NCBI GenBank assembly: GCA_037447605.1
Contig: CM074804.1
Coordinates: 6,735,909 to 6,799,908 of the forward strand
Direction of reading: 5' to 3'
DNA: 64,000 bases
Source of the DNA: Zygnema circumcarinatum SAG 698-1b
Taxonomy: Eukaryota; Plantae; Zygnematophyceae
The notes below the pieces were generated by a model. The model ran no database searches. It was given only the letters and a program-made list of their open reading frames with translations, and had not been told where the DNA came from. Positions 27,371-38,570 of this stretch are shown piece by piece. The position numbers and the translations under genes are program-made. The stretch's first letter is position 1; the number at the start of each line of letters is the position of its first letter.

Positions 27371-27712
27371 TCGCCGATGGGCGCCCGCGCGTATGCATGC
27401 ATGGAAGTATGTTACTGCGCATGTCCGCATACGCGGGCCCCCTCGAACAGGCGGCAACGCCACGCCGCACGCGCCACGTGGCGTCGTGCGCTGATCCACA
27501 CGGGCCAGCAAAACTACCATACTACAGTAAATGCCAAAGCGAGGCAGTCAATGGGCGGGCGCTGACATGGAGCCCCGACGGGCAGTTTGGTCGAGCGGTG
27601 CTGCCCGGACCAGGAGCGTGGACGGCCCCGCACAGAACGGGGAGGGGCCCTGGATAGGCAGAGCCGCTACGAGGGCTCGAGGGGAGGCGAGGGGAGCGGA
27701 GGCGGTGTATAA
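27254..27712 (+). promoter_or_regulatory. Putative F-box/kelch promoter: ABRE/G-box motifs, two RY (CATGCATG) elements, TATA-like box
   Basis: ACGTGGC at 27260, ACGTGG at 27270, CACGTGGC at 27475, CATGCATG at 27313 and 27396, TATAAA near 27706 (about 60 bp before the ATG). Confidence 0.45.
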
Positions 27713-27768
27713 AGCGCGAGTCACTGCAGGAAGACAGTGCAGCTACCCGGCAGGTCTGCAGGGCTGCT

Positions 27769-30700
27769 ATGGGTCTGCTGTTCAGCTCGCCACTGCCCGT
27801 CGAGGATGGCGAGCCGGAGCCTGCAACGGTTTTGCAGGATGGCAAGGATACGAGCAAAAGGCCACGCTTTCTTGACGAGGCGACGGGTGCTTTAGAGGGT
27901 GGAGAATTGAGGCAGGAGGCGTTAATCCCCGGGCTCCCTGATGAAGTTGCCTTGCAGTGCTTGGCAAGGGTGCCTAGGGCGTGGCAGGGAACTGCCCGCT
28001 ATGTATGCAAGCCGTGGCGGGAGGTGCTGATGTCCGCTGAGCTCCACTCACTGCGCAGGTGAGCGAATATGGGGTGTTAACAGTGATTTAGCACGTTTGG
28101 CTAGTATGGGATTAAGCTGCGATTAAAAGGGCTCGATGGATTGGTTCCTTATCAGATTGGATTCCTCGACGCATTCATTTTGCTTTTGGAGGTACTGCTT
28201 GCTCCTTGACTTGCAGGCCCTGCGACAAATGGCCAGAACGATTGTGAAATCCTGTCTGTTTTTTAGCGTATCCATTTTGGGGGGTTGACCAAAGTTTACA
28301 ACTGCTGTAATCTCAGTCCGAATTGCCAAACCAAGTCCATGTGACGACATTTGTCATCAGACGGTCTTTGTCTTAAAAGGGTACTTGGCCTGGCTAGGTC
28401 TTAGAAGTAATTGCCTCCCTTTTCGTTCTTTTCATTCGAATGGAAAATGGTGAGTTGCATTCGTGAAGTTCTTGTCCAGTGTTTGCACACAGTTGGCCTG
28501 GGAGGAGCTGGCTCAAAATCAACATCGGGCTGCATCACTCAATGGCTGTTGGCTTGTGCTGCAGTTACCTGGTCAGTTTGCAAGTCTATTATTAACGTGA
28601 TGGTTTTCTAAGAACCTGTCACCTTCTATCTGTCGTTGTTGATGAGCTGCAGACAACTTTCCATCTCATTTGTTCTGTTGGTTACCGGGCAGCTGATTGA
28701 ACTTTTTGGATATCCAGGTGAATGGCACGAATGGAATCGGTGAAATGATGCTTGATTTTTTGCTGTGACAGGGATCTGGCCTGCACTGAAGAATGGCTTT
28801 ACATCATGCTCAAGGATGAAGCGCAGAGGATTATATGGCGCGCCTGGGATCCTATGGGGGGCAGATGGTTCAGTTTGCCGTCTATGCCGGATGTGGCAGG
28901 CCTTGTGGAGAGAAACGAGAATCATGAGAACAGTTCATGGTGGAGAACCTTCGCTGCGGGAAGGTTGTGGTGAGTTAGTCCACCGAAGTGCTTAACCGAA
29001 TTTGATATGATTGTTATTTCAGGAAATGGATGTTGTAAATGGCTTTGTGTGCACCATCATTACAATTGCCCTCTAAAAGCACGTTCACAATGTGGGCTGT
29101 TCACCCAGTTGCAGTGGGTCATTCAGAAGGCTATTTGAATAGCTGCCCAACTATAGAATTTTTGGTATCGTCAAAATCATGGCTTTTTGTCCTCGCTGAT
29201 TTCCTGAGATTTCGTATGTCAAGTTATGTACAGAGTCTACACTTACAAGAGCTTTTTGTGAAGTACTTGGAATATACGGTTGGTGTGTTTCATCTAGACA
29301 TTTTGTAAGTTACGGTACGAAACACTGGTTACTGGTCACTTCTAAAGTGAGAGGTGATATGATGACAGGAGCTGCTACATGATGGAGTAATGTCCAAACA
29401 GTCGGGACATTGGCTATATTTCGGGATTATGTGAGGATGCTGTAGGAGATGATCTCTAATCTGAATGAACCTTTACAACCGTATTCTACATCAGAACAAA
29501 AATGGATACTAAACCACTGCCTTCCAATACAGGAACCCAGTGAATCACGCCTTGGAAGCGCCGCCTTTTTGTGGTTGCACGCCTGCCTCTCTCAAAGGCA
29601 TCCTTTATGTCATTGGAGGTTTTTCTCGTGGTCGGGCCATTTCTCGAGTGCTTCGATATGACCCAAGACTCAATGCATGGGATGAAGGCCCTTCTTTGGA
29701 GGTCGCCCGTGCGTACTGCAAGGTGGGGGTGATCGATGGAAGGCTGTATGTAGTGGGGGGCGTGTCGCACGGTGATGAAGGGTTGGAGCCCTTGGCAAGT
29801 GCTGAGATGTTTGATCCAACGGTTGGATCATGGCGGAGAGTAGCCAACATGACCTTCTCGAGAGCCCCTGTAAGCCATTTTGATCCCCCATTCCAGTTCT
29901 GCACCCGCACTGTCCCTGAAGATGTAGCGTGTTGAATTTCCTGACAAAGTGGCTGATGATCTAACTGGATGCTGCCGTAGTTTTCGCCACCTTAAGTTGC
30001 ATCTTGGGGGTTTTTTCGCCTAAATGGCAGACAATCAATTGGCTGTGAAAGTGTTGAAAACTTGCAGTTGTGCTTACTGTGGTCATTGCAGTAAATATTT
30101 TGGCGCAGTCAAGTCGGGGACATGTAGAAACAGGAGAAAGTCAGAAAACCAATTGTAACATTCAAGCTGTATAAGCCATGCCATATTCTGGGAGTGAGAT
30201 TCTAGAAGGCACTACTTTTTAATGTCTTGCTGCATGGACGTGCCTAACCTGACCATTCCTTTTGTGTTACAAGCCACCGGTAGGACCCCACTAGTTGCAG
30301 CATCATGCATGTAGTCGGTTAAAATTTGCAAACCATGCGTGACTTGCCTGGTTGAACAGCAAATGTAAGAGCCGGCCTATGCCAGCATGCACTTCTGTCC
30401 TTTGGTTTTTCTTGTCAATGCTTCTGTCATGCATCGGAAGTTGACCTTATTGTACCAACCATGCCTGCGTGTGGTAGTCCTCCACTTTGAGCTCCTCCGC
30501 TGTTGCGGCAGTGGGCAAAAGGACAGATACTTGACTTCAATGTGGCACTTCAGCAACCCACTTCGCCATGCTGCAACGTATTGACTGACTGACTGACTGA
30601 CTGACTGTGCTTTTCTTGCTTTTCCAGCCTCTGCCGGCAGCGTTTTTGGCGGAAGTTTTGCGGCCGACAGCCACGGGGCTTGCCGTGGTGGAAGGGCGGC

Positions 30701-31759
30701 TGTGCGTCACACAGAGCTTGTACCATTGGCCGTTCTTCATCGACATCGGTGGAGAGATTTACAACCCAGAGACGGATGTATGGACAGAGATGCCGCAGGT
30801 TTTAACTTAGCCTCTACTGCTCAGTTATTTTTACGGTGTTGACGATACCCAATCTTCTTTATCTGTGGAGAGAGCTTTTTTGGGTGTGAGCGGGTATTGA
30901 AATTGCATGACAGATCCATGTCAGGCCCCACCTTTGACTCGTAATGCATCAGATGATCAGCATGCTTAACTCTAACCATGTTTGGAGCTTTGGTAGACTT
31001 ACTTCCGCCTAGGATCTTCATGGCCCATATAGTCAATCTTGAGCCTTTCAACCTGTTAGGTTGCCTGCTTTGAATGGACTGTAAGTGAAGCGAGTGGAGA
31101 GGGGATGAAACTAATGAGAAGTTTGTAGAAACCCTTGAGACGTCATCTCGAGAGTGCTCTCCAGTGTTCAGGTTTCTCCCCTGACAACACGGGAGATTTG
31201 GCTTGCAGGGCATGGGAGAAGGCTGGCCTGTGAGGCAGGGAGGCTCCAAAGTGAGTGCAGTCGTAGACAATCGAGTTTATGGTCTTGATCCTAATGGCAG
31301 TCGCGGAGCCCTTGTTCGGACCTACGACAAGGAAATGGATGCTTGGAAGAGGCTGGCCTTGGCTCCGCTACAGCTGGGGATGGCAGAGGAGGCGCCATTC
31401 TTGTTGGCGTGTGTGAGGGGTCACCTCTATGCGCTCATGAAGGTGCGAGGGAGGGAGAAGAGGCTTGAGGTTTGGGAGTTCTTAATGATTTCATATTCGT
31501 TAATTGACTGGATTCAAGTGTTTTAGAGAGTGTTTAGGCTGATTGAACAGTCGACTGCTTCCTAGATTAACGATGATGGGCTGGATGATGTCCCTGTTGT
31601 ATGCAGGATACCGCGCGGTTTGTGATCTTGTCGTCGGCTGATGTCTCGAAGTTGAGAGATTCAAGATGGCTCGATGGGGAGGAAGACCTTTGGAGGCAAG
31701 AAGCGCGCTGCCGCTTTGGGCGCAGTGAGCTGGTGGCCTGTGAGGTGGTCGAATGCTGA
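27769..31759 (+). CDS. F-box/kelch-repeat protein (6 exons)
   Basis: Exons 27769-28058 (LIPGLPDEVALQCLARVP, F-box), 28772-28969, 29533-29869 (PFCGC..LYVIGG..ARAYCKVG..LYVVGG, kelch repeats), 30628-30798, 31209-31442 (GMGEGWP) and 31607-31759 (RFGRSELVACEVVEC*). All junctions are GT-AG and in frame. Confidence 0.93.
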
Positions 31760-32739
31760 GAACGGCACTTGCCAAGGGGAGGGACTGTTGAATCCTGACC
31801 GTCCAACTAACTCCTCGGTCGATGACAATTTTTGGGCAGCTCTCCACTGCGTTGTTGGAGATTTAAACTCTAGCAGCAGCCAGGACTGTGAGAACGCGCT
31901 CTTGTACGTACTTCTGTACAAGGTACATTTCTTCATAGAAAGTTGAAGACTTGCCCGTGAAGCATTATTGTAAATTGAAGCGGAAGAGCTGTTTGCTTGA
32001 CGTGTCATATAGCTTTGGAATAACGACAGGGCCGGTTTGAAGGTTTCTGTCACACCCCACTGGTTGAGACAGTTGTCGGCACCCTAGGTTTGCTCCCTAA
32101 GGAGACCATATTGGACTTCCTCTGTCTGTTCTCATGACTCCAACAACTTCTTTTCTCCAATTGCGCTTCTGAGGGTGTGAACTCTCAAGCCACACCCTCT
32201 CTGCATACATGCACCCGCCCGTGGTATACTTGTCAGCATGACTTCTTCTTGCGACATAGTGGCCAGAATGACCAGGGCGAACTTCCAAGGCAGTAAGGAG
32301 GATGCAGTGTTCAGGCCTTCCTGGATATCCAAGACATCTGAATCTGACACGTTCCTCACGGTTTATTATACGGGACTATTCTCATGTCCCGTTTGTATAT
32401 TCACCCCCGCTTGGAAGGCTCCAACTTATGAGAATCTGCCTTGCGAAAAGCTAGGCTGGAAGTTAATGAAGCCTGCTTACTGCCTCCTATCCACTGCGTC
32501 AAGAGTACGTATGTTGATGTGATTTCTTGGTGAAGGGAGACATCTCTCCACACCTATAAGCGACTGGCTAGACGTGCCACGCTTTGTTGTGTCGAAACCA
32601 GAAGTCCATACTATCATTTATTAATTGTCTGCCTTTCTCCTCCACCTCCATCGCTTATTCAAGCGCTGAGTGAGTCTCCGTATAGAGATTTCTATGCCGG
32701 GGCATGAGAGTGATTTTGACCTCAGAGGTCATTGGCACT

Positions 32740-32860
32740 TGCAAATAGGTCTGTCACCAATGGCCTTACAACTGCAATTGGTTGGCCTTGATTGACGACA
32801 ATTGACGATGGTTGGCTAAGGCCGCCAACCAATGATTCAAACCGTTGGCAATAGCAGGTT
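32740..32860. repeat. CCATTG/CAATGG/CCAAC-rich repeat, second locus
   Basis: ccaatggcc..caattggttggcc..gatggttggc..gccaaccaatg..ccgttggcaat; same motif vocabulary as 18640-18990. Confidence 0.45.
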
Positions 32861-33454
32861 TCTATCTCAGACAAAATTCGGTACCCATACTTTCTCGCAC
32901 AAAGGCACCGCTGTCTAAGGAATATGCTTCATTTCATTTTCGTTATGCATACTGCGATTGGATCTTCTAATGACCATAAACCCGTGAAAGCTATGTTGTG
33001 AATTGCGAGAGTGATCGATCCAACGTTTTGACCCATTCACTACTGCGCCTTCGCCGCCCTTTGAGAATCCGTCGTAGAAAAAAACCGGACCAGTTTTGTG
33101 TGGTGAACTCGGATTCAAAAAAGAAGGAAAAGGAAAGGGTTCGGCAGTTGGTAGGTAAGCCGCCAGGCAGCAGGCGAGAATGCACAGCCAGCGTACGGCC
33201 TCGCCTGCGAACTGCGCTTGGTTCTGCACAGTGTTGGCGCCGTCTATGCCACGTCGTGACTTGCTAAGCGGTGCACCTAATCGGTTTCATTTCTTTTTTA
33301 AAGCGCCGAGTGGACTATGTTTGACTGCTCGTGCCATTGCCATCCCGCTGTCATACAGGTCGAACCATGGCATCAAACGGTCGAATGTCATCGAGTGCCA
33401 TCAGTTCAATACCAATTTTCTTCTCCTATCGAATTGTGCAAAACTTTGAATTCA

Positions 33455-33670
33455 ATGGCTGACTAGCATTGGTTGGTCGAGCCAACCAACCGTTTCCAAT
33501 AGGCCGTTAAGCATTGGTTGGCAGGGCCAACCATTGCTAATGGTTGCAACCATGGGTTGGCCGACCCCAGCAACCATTGCCATTGCCCATTGGTAGTTGA
33601 CAACAATTAGCAATGATTACCAGCATCACTGCCAATGGTTGCGAACCATTCAAAAGCCAACCATTGTCAG
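33455..33670. repeat. CCATTG/CAATGG/CCAAC-rich repeat, third locus
   Basis: Repeated gcattggttgg, gccaaccattg and caatggttg motifs. Confidence 0.55.
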
Positions 33671-33797
33671 TGTGCGCTGATCCAATCGTTTGCCATATCC
33701 ACACCAGCTTCTGAATGTACTCCCAAAGGACCGGCGACCTTCGCGGCTGCTTCTAGAGAGGGATGCGTTGTTGAGCCTAGGCGTAGCTTTCCGCTCC

Positions 33798-33920
33798 TAG
33801 CCCTTTTTTTTTTTTTTTGTCCTTAGGTCCTTTACGCCCAGTTCCTCGTGGTTCCCCGTGCTGCCTTTGTCCATACACATTTTATGGCATCATCGCCATC
33901 GTGAAGTCAATGTCACATCA
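33798..33920 (-). repeat. Short dispersed repeat, copy of 11364-11475
   Basis: About 110-bp alignment to 11364-11475 in inverted orientation, with an expanded poly-T tract. Confidence 0.8.
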
Positions 33921-34010
33921 TACTCCCAAATGGATACGTGACATGTTTCGGATACTGAGAGCAATGGCCCACCTCCGTAGCTTAGCGCACATTGACCCCC
34001 GTATTGTACC

Positions 34011-34403
34011 TAGGGATGGCCCGCGTTATAAATTCCGAATATATTATATAATTTACAACGGGTTTAAAATTAGTAATATATTACAAAGTAAAACACTTTA
34101 TTACATATATTATACCCACGCGTTTTGAACAATTAACGACCGTACGACCGTACTCGTACGGTCGTACGGTCGTACGGTTGTATCATACCAAAATTAGGTC
34201 GTTTTGGCGTTGGCGTTGCGAAATGCGTTCGTCTGGTTGTTTCTGTCTGCTCGTGCTCGGGCCGCATACTACCGTACAGTCGTACGTCCGTACGACCGTA
34301 CATGTTGTAAAGGCGTTGTAAATTAATATATATCAGCCGTTATCTATTCGTCACAGTTGTATAATATAATATATAATATATAATCGTAACTAATCCATCC
34401 CTA
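34011..34403. mobile_element. Non-autonomous hAT element (393 bp)
   Basis: Termini TAGGGATGG..CCATCCCTA resemble the Ac/Ds TAGGGATG ends. Perfect 8-bp TSD ATTGTACC at 34003-34010 and 34404-34411. Internal CGTAC-rich subterminal repeats. Confidence 0.92.
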
Positions 34404-34824
34404 ATTGTACCACCGCAGCAGTTCAGTTCACTGCCACTCCAAGTTTGCGCCACAACAACTCGAGTCCTCCTCCAGCGCGTTCCCTGCGCGCCAAGCCACG
34501 CCCGGGGCGCCCGCCCACCTACCGTACATCGCCGTACGGCGGTTCCGGCGGGCGCAGCGGACGGCTGCGATCGCGCGATTGGCGGGCGCACGGGCGCATA
34601 CTAGTAATAATGTCTCCCCTCCGCTCCCATTATTATGCGCTCGCCGCCCCCCGCTCTGCACTTTTCCCAACAAACGGGCCGTAGCCTCAACGGCTACGAT
34701 GACCCCCCCTCCGATCGGGCGGCTCCCATCGTCCCCGCTCCCCGCGGGCGCATAAGCCTTTTCCGGCCCCTCCTCTCCGCCGACGCTTTTTCTCCGCTTT
34801 TCCCCGCGCCCTGTGCGCCGCCGC

Positions 34825-35260
34825 CACGTGGCATCTACTGTTGCTCGCGTTCACACGCGCGGGCGCCGTCGTTGTCCCGCCTCCGCCTGCCCTCGCACGT
34901 CGCGACAAATGTACGTACGGGCGGCCGGCCCCCTGCCGAACTGTGGACCAGTCGCAGGGCCGCCCCCCGCCACGTCTCGCACGCGCTGAAGATCTCGCTT
35001 CCTTTTTTAAATTTTGCGAGCGGCCGCCGTACGGCGGTTCGCCCGCGACCTAAAAAGTGGTTTTGTCGTTTTGCAGCGTCCGGCTAATCGCGGCGCGCCC
35101 CCCCGCGCTGCGCCCCCTACCACGTGGCGCCACGCGACGCTCCGCCCCTTATCGCCGAATCCGGGCCCACGTGGCGCGCTCCGCTCCACGCGCTGCCCCC
35201 GCCACGTGGCCGAAAGCGCGAAGGGCGCCCGCCCCCTCGCCCCCCCCGCGCGCCACGTCA
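34825..35260 (+). promoter_or_regulatory. GC-rich promoter with four perfect CACGTGGC (G-box/ABRE) motifs upstream of the orphan ORF
   Basis: CACGTGGC at 34825, 35121, 35168 and 35203; further CCACGT cores near 34970 and 35253. Confidence 0.5.
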
Positions 35261-35414
35261 GCGCTTGGCCCCCCGCGCGCAGCGCCGCGCCCTCCGCCCG
35301 CGCTCTCCTTTTTGCCTCCTCCCCCCCCCCCTCCTGTGCCCACTCCCTCCCTCCCTCCCTCCCTTCCTTCCCCGATCTGCCTGCCTCGTCGGCGCTTGCC
35401 CGGGTTGGTCCGCC

Positions 35415-36977
35415 ATGGATTCCTCAACCATGGGCTACTACACACCCTCCGGAGGGTATGCAAGCGAATCTCCCCGGGCTTCCATGTGGCACAATTCGCA
35501 ACAGCAGCAAACCCTCTGGCTCGCCCAAGCCTACCTCCCGGAGGCGCAGGTGCCGCTGCAGGGCTCCAGCTCTCGCAGTCTCTCCTCTCCCGCAGGCAGT
35601 CCCCGCACGCCTCCTCGGCGGAAGGACGCGAAGCTGGAGCGCTCCTGCTCCGCTCCCTCCCCATACAGCCGCAAGTCGCGCCGGCGAATGAGCGCCCTGC
35701 CTGCAGTGGGGTCCACGTCCGAGCCTCCTTCCCCGAGCATCTGCTCCCCCCACGTCTCTCCCATGCTGCCAGCTGTCGTGAACTTCAAAGAAACCCTCTC
35801 AGAGCTCTGGGGCTTCCTCGGCATGCCGCGACCAGAGACCAGCGCAGCCTGCAGCTCCCCTTCGCAGCCACTCGCCTCCCTCATTCCCAGCATGCAGCCT
35901 GCGGACGCACCGTGCTCGCCGTCAACGGCTGCCAGAGAGGCTGACGACGGCTTGCCACGTGGCGGCGATGTGCAGTATGGCAGCCCATGGAAGGGGTCTC
36001 CCGCAGCTTTAGAGATGGGAGGCGCATGGAGAGATTCGCAGATCCGAACCTCGCCGACCGCATGTCCCAAATGGGCTCCGCCGGATTTTGGGAACACATT
36101 GGATAGTGAAACCTCAAAAGCAGCGATCCCGGCAGGCCCCGTGCCTGCAGCCGGTGTCCACGTGTCGGCAGGAGCGTGTTCCTCGAGTGTCCACGTGGCA
36201 GATGTGGGTAAGCCCGAGGACATCGTGGAAGTGGAGGAGCTCATGGCGTCCATCGACGGGACGGAGGAGATGCGCATGGATGGCGGGCTGCCAGCCTTGG
36301 CGCAGATGGTGGCAGACTACTCGGAGGAGTCGCTGCTTTACGGGGACTGGGCTGCAGAGCCTATAGACTACAGCCAGCTGGCAGAGAATTTGGCGGCTCC
36401 TGATGTGGTGACCGGCAGCAGTCTGCAGGCCGTTGGGAGCGAGTGCGACATGCAGTTGGATTGCAGTGGGGTGGCGGGAAGTGATTATGTTTTCTCCGCT
36501 CGAGAAAAAAGCACGATTGATGTTGAAGGTAGTCAGGAATGTCTCGGATGGATGCTGAGAGGAGGGGACGACTGCAACGGCGGGGTGTCGAGTATCAGAA
36601 GATGGCCAGCTCCGACGCCTCCGCTCGCCAACGACGCGTTGCCTGCTTCAGTTGAAGGTCTCTCGCCTCAGGGAGGGGATCGAAGTTTTGCGGAAATAGC
36701 GACAAATAAGACACATCCGGCCCTTTCGACAATTGTCAGGAGCGCTGGCTCGCCGCCAGGTGTCACTTCGGGAACTAGCCCTCGGCAGGGTTCAGAGGCT
36801 GCAAGCAGGGGTTTGCCGCAGCTTGCCGCGAGGCAGCCCTTCGCCCTCTCCCCCCGACCGCAGGCGCGGAGCCGCGCTGCCGCGGCCATCTTTTCAGCTC
36901 ATCAGCAGAGGCAGGCGAACCTCTACTCGATGATGAATGCGGCTGCCACTGAGGCTCCTGTTGCCGCTTGGCAATGA
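35415..36977 (+). CDS. Intronless uncharacterised Ser/Pro/Ala-rich protein, about 520 aa
   Basis: Long open frame (track 35124-36977). The first ATG is at 35415 in a strong gccATGG context. Promoter-like GC-rich G-box region upstream, AT-rich 3' region downstream. No recognisable folded domain. Confidence 0.65.
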   Translation: MDSSTMGYYTPSGGYASESPRASMWHNSQQQQTLWLAQAYLPEAQVPLQGSSSRSLSSPAGSPRTPPRRKDAKLERSCSAPSPYSRKSRRRMSALPAVGSTSEPPSPSICSPHVSPMLPAVVNFKETLSELWGFLGMPRPETSAACSSPSQPLASLIPSMQPADAPCSPSTAAREADDGLPRGGDVQYGSPWKGSPAALEMGGAWRDSQIRTSPTACPKWAPPDFGNTLDSETSKAAIPAGPVPAAGVHVSAGACSSSVHVADVGKPEDIVEVEELMASIDGTEEMRMDGGLPALAQMVADYSEESLLYGDWAAEPIDYSQLAENLAAPDVVTGSSLQAVGSECDMQLDCSGVAGSDYVFSAREKSTIDVEGSQECLGWMLRGGDDCNGGVSSIRRWPAPTPPLANDALPASVEGLSPQGGDRSFAEIATNKTHPALSTIVRSAGSPPGVTSGTSPRQGSEAASRGLPQLAARQPFALSPRPQARSRAAAAIFSAHQQRQANLYSMMNAAATEAPVAAWQ

Positions 36978-38005
36978 GAGTAGGGAGGGTACTTAAGTCT
37001 ATGTAATAGTAAAAAGTCTGTACAGTAATCTCTCTCAAACTAGAGAGCGCCGGTGGAATACAGAGTACTTAAAAGTAGACATCATACGAATTTAGGGAGC
37101 CGCACAAGCAAAATTTTGTGCGGAACAATTAGGAGACGGATTAGCCCTAGCCGGCTTGTAGCGCTCTGTGTTCCTCGATATCTCTTAATCTATTTCACTC
37201 CACCGCTATTTCATATGTTGTTCCCTTGAGCCTTCTGTATCTTCCGTTTGTTCGAGGTGTTGATGCCATTCAAGGTCATGCATCCAAGGCTGGTGTCAAA
37301 AGTAGCTTTGGAATTTTTTTTTGTGATGTCAGGGCACTCCATCGATTTATCGGAGCAGCGGGATTTGAACCCACGGCACGCATGCCCATGGCCGTGTGAC
37401 GGATGGCCATGGTCTGCAGAGGATAACCACTCTGCTATCGAGGCAAAGGGTTCAAAAGCATGCTCCGCTGACTTGACCAAGGCTCTTAACATGTTTGGCT
37501 TTACTTCTGATTAAGGGTTGACAAATAATCAGATCAATGATTGGTTGATTGATTGATCAATGATTGATTTTCTACCATTGTCGTCATGTAATGTAGAAAA
37601 GTTGGCTTCTGACTTGAAAGTTTGAATGGTGGTGCAAAGGAAAGCATCGCCCTTCAGCGCTTGAAGTGTTAAGGCAAGACGACCAGCAAGTCTACAAGCG
37701 CTGAACCCTTCAATTTGAATCAATATGCACACGTGACATGACGTGAACCATTCCATAATCTCCTCACCCTTGATCAATTAGTTTTCCGACATGCCGTTAT
37801 ACAATCTGCCAAAAATCTACAAAAACCAGATATATCATTCATTTTTTTTGTTGGGATGCAATCCGGCGATAAGGGTTTTTTTGCTGCGCGACTAATTATA
37901 AGTTATGAGTTATTAGTTGAACTTGAACTGTTATTTGTCAAACAAAAGGCCGAATGAACTCTTGCCTAGCTTTTATCCTGCTTGCCAGAAAATAACATAA
38001 CAATA

Positions 38006-38193
38006 GGGGGAGTCAGACCTCAACCATCGCCAAATTCCATCGGGCAAATTCAGTATTGGCTAGGTACGCATTTCGGTACGGCTGTGTACGGCGGAGCCTC
38101 GGATCCCGACCCTGAATTTGTACACGAAAGAAGTGACTTTTAGTATAAGGAATTGGGGAATTTCGTAAGCGATGGTCAAGGTCTGACTCCCCC
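38006..38193. mobile_element. MITE (188 bp), GGGGGAGTCAGACC-TIR family, TA flanks
   Basis: ta|gggggagtcagacctcaaccatcgc..gcgatggtcaaggtctgactccccc|ta. Same TIR as the MITEs at 59175-60398 but a different interior. Confidence 0.85.
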
Positions 38194-38267
38194 TAATAGC
38201 AGGGTTAATAGTATTACGCCAATATACAATCTGTCAAAAATATGCAAAAACCGAAAACTGTAGATGC

Positions 38268-38348
38268 TGTCAGAAATGGGATTTGAACCCATGCCCTTTC
38301 GGACCAGTACCTGAAACTGGCGCCTTAGACCAACTCGGCCATTCTGAC
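38268..38348 (-). tRNA. trnL-CAG: tRNA-Leu (anticodon CAG)
   Basis: GTCAGAA TG GCCGAGTTGGTCTAAGGC G CCAGT TTCAGGT ACTGG TCCGAAAGGG CATGG GTTCAAAT CCCAT TTCTGAC A. Perfect acceptor and anticodon stems, long variable arm, A and B boxes, and T4/T5 Pol III terminators 10-25 nt downstream. Confidence 0.97.
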
Positions 38349-38570
38349 TGTTTAAGTCGATTATTGTTTTAATTTTATATTCAAATTAATATTCAAATTT
38401 TTACCAACGACAATGTGAGTCGACCGTACGGCCGCGTACGGCGGCGCGACTCGCTTCTCCTCTCCGTCGATATGGCGAGGAGGCATTGAGGAGGAGGAGG
38501 CAGGGACCGCTCGTCCCGCGAGCAATGCAGAGTCTGGGACAGCGGCCATGAATCTGTGTAGGCGTGGAAT

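Noticed and set aside
35014-36277. Overlapping alternative-frame and antisense ORFs of 170-295 aa around the orphan gene
   Set aside because: Expected from very high GC content; only the 35415-36977 frame has a good ATG context and the greatest length.
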